64,000 nt of DNA, from contig NC_045138.2 of the NCBI RefSeq assembly GCF_008831285.2, positions 30,504,001 to 30,568,000 of the forward strand, read 5' to 3'. Of this stretch, positions 63,831-64,000 are shown one piece after another. Numbering within the stretch: the stretch's first letter is position 1; every line of letters starts with the position of its first letter. The DNA comes from Nymphaea colorata (taxonomy: Eukaryota). Made by a program: the position numbers and the translations under genes. Under the pieces are notes generated by a model. It did not search any database. It saw nothing but the letters and a program-made list of their open reading frames with translations, and was not told the origin of the DNA.

Positions 63831-64000
63831 TTTAGATGTACTAACGCATATAAAAGGTCAAATAATTGAAATAAAAAATAAGAAAAACTTGGAAACTAGT
63901 GTCTGCCCACACGTGCCCACACGGAACTCTGCTATTAGTTTCAGCCACGTAGTTAGTTTTTGACTATTTTTTACAAGTTCAACCATGCGAATGGATGCAA

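Overview
AT-rich angiosperm nuclear DNA with GT-AG introns, microsatellites and many small transposon remnants; the species cannot be determined from sequence alone. I reconstructed six protein-coding genes by hand from splice sites. Minus strand: lycopene epsilon-cyclase (running off the left edge), a two-domain methyltransferase (METTL6/Trm140-type tRNA m3C domain plus a Methyltransf_16-type domain), a DUF642 cell-wall protein and the tRNA C38 methyltransferase DNMT2. Plus strand: an Mdm35/TRIAP1 twin-CX9C protein and an intronless proline-rich protein with a DUF761-type tail. Between and inside the genes are hAT-type MITEs with 8-bp target-site duplications (TSDs), Tourist-type MITEs, two L1 LINE remnants, SINE-like heads, a possible solo LTR and several local tandem duplications. 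I see no clear-cut novel biological system. The best leads are a TSD-flanked 37-nt U2 snRNA 5' retrocopy, alternative 5'-UTR donors that would switch a uORF on or off in LCYE, the double-methyltransferase fusion with an optional transit-peptide-like extension, and two anticodon-loop tRNA C-methyltransferases lying close together. All homology calls are from motif recognition, not database searches.
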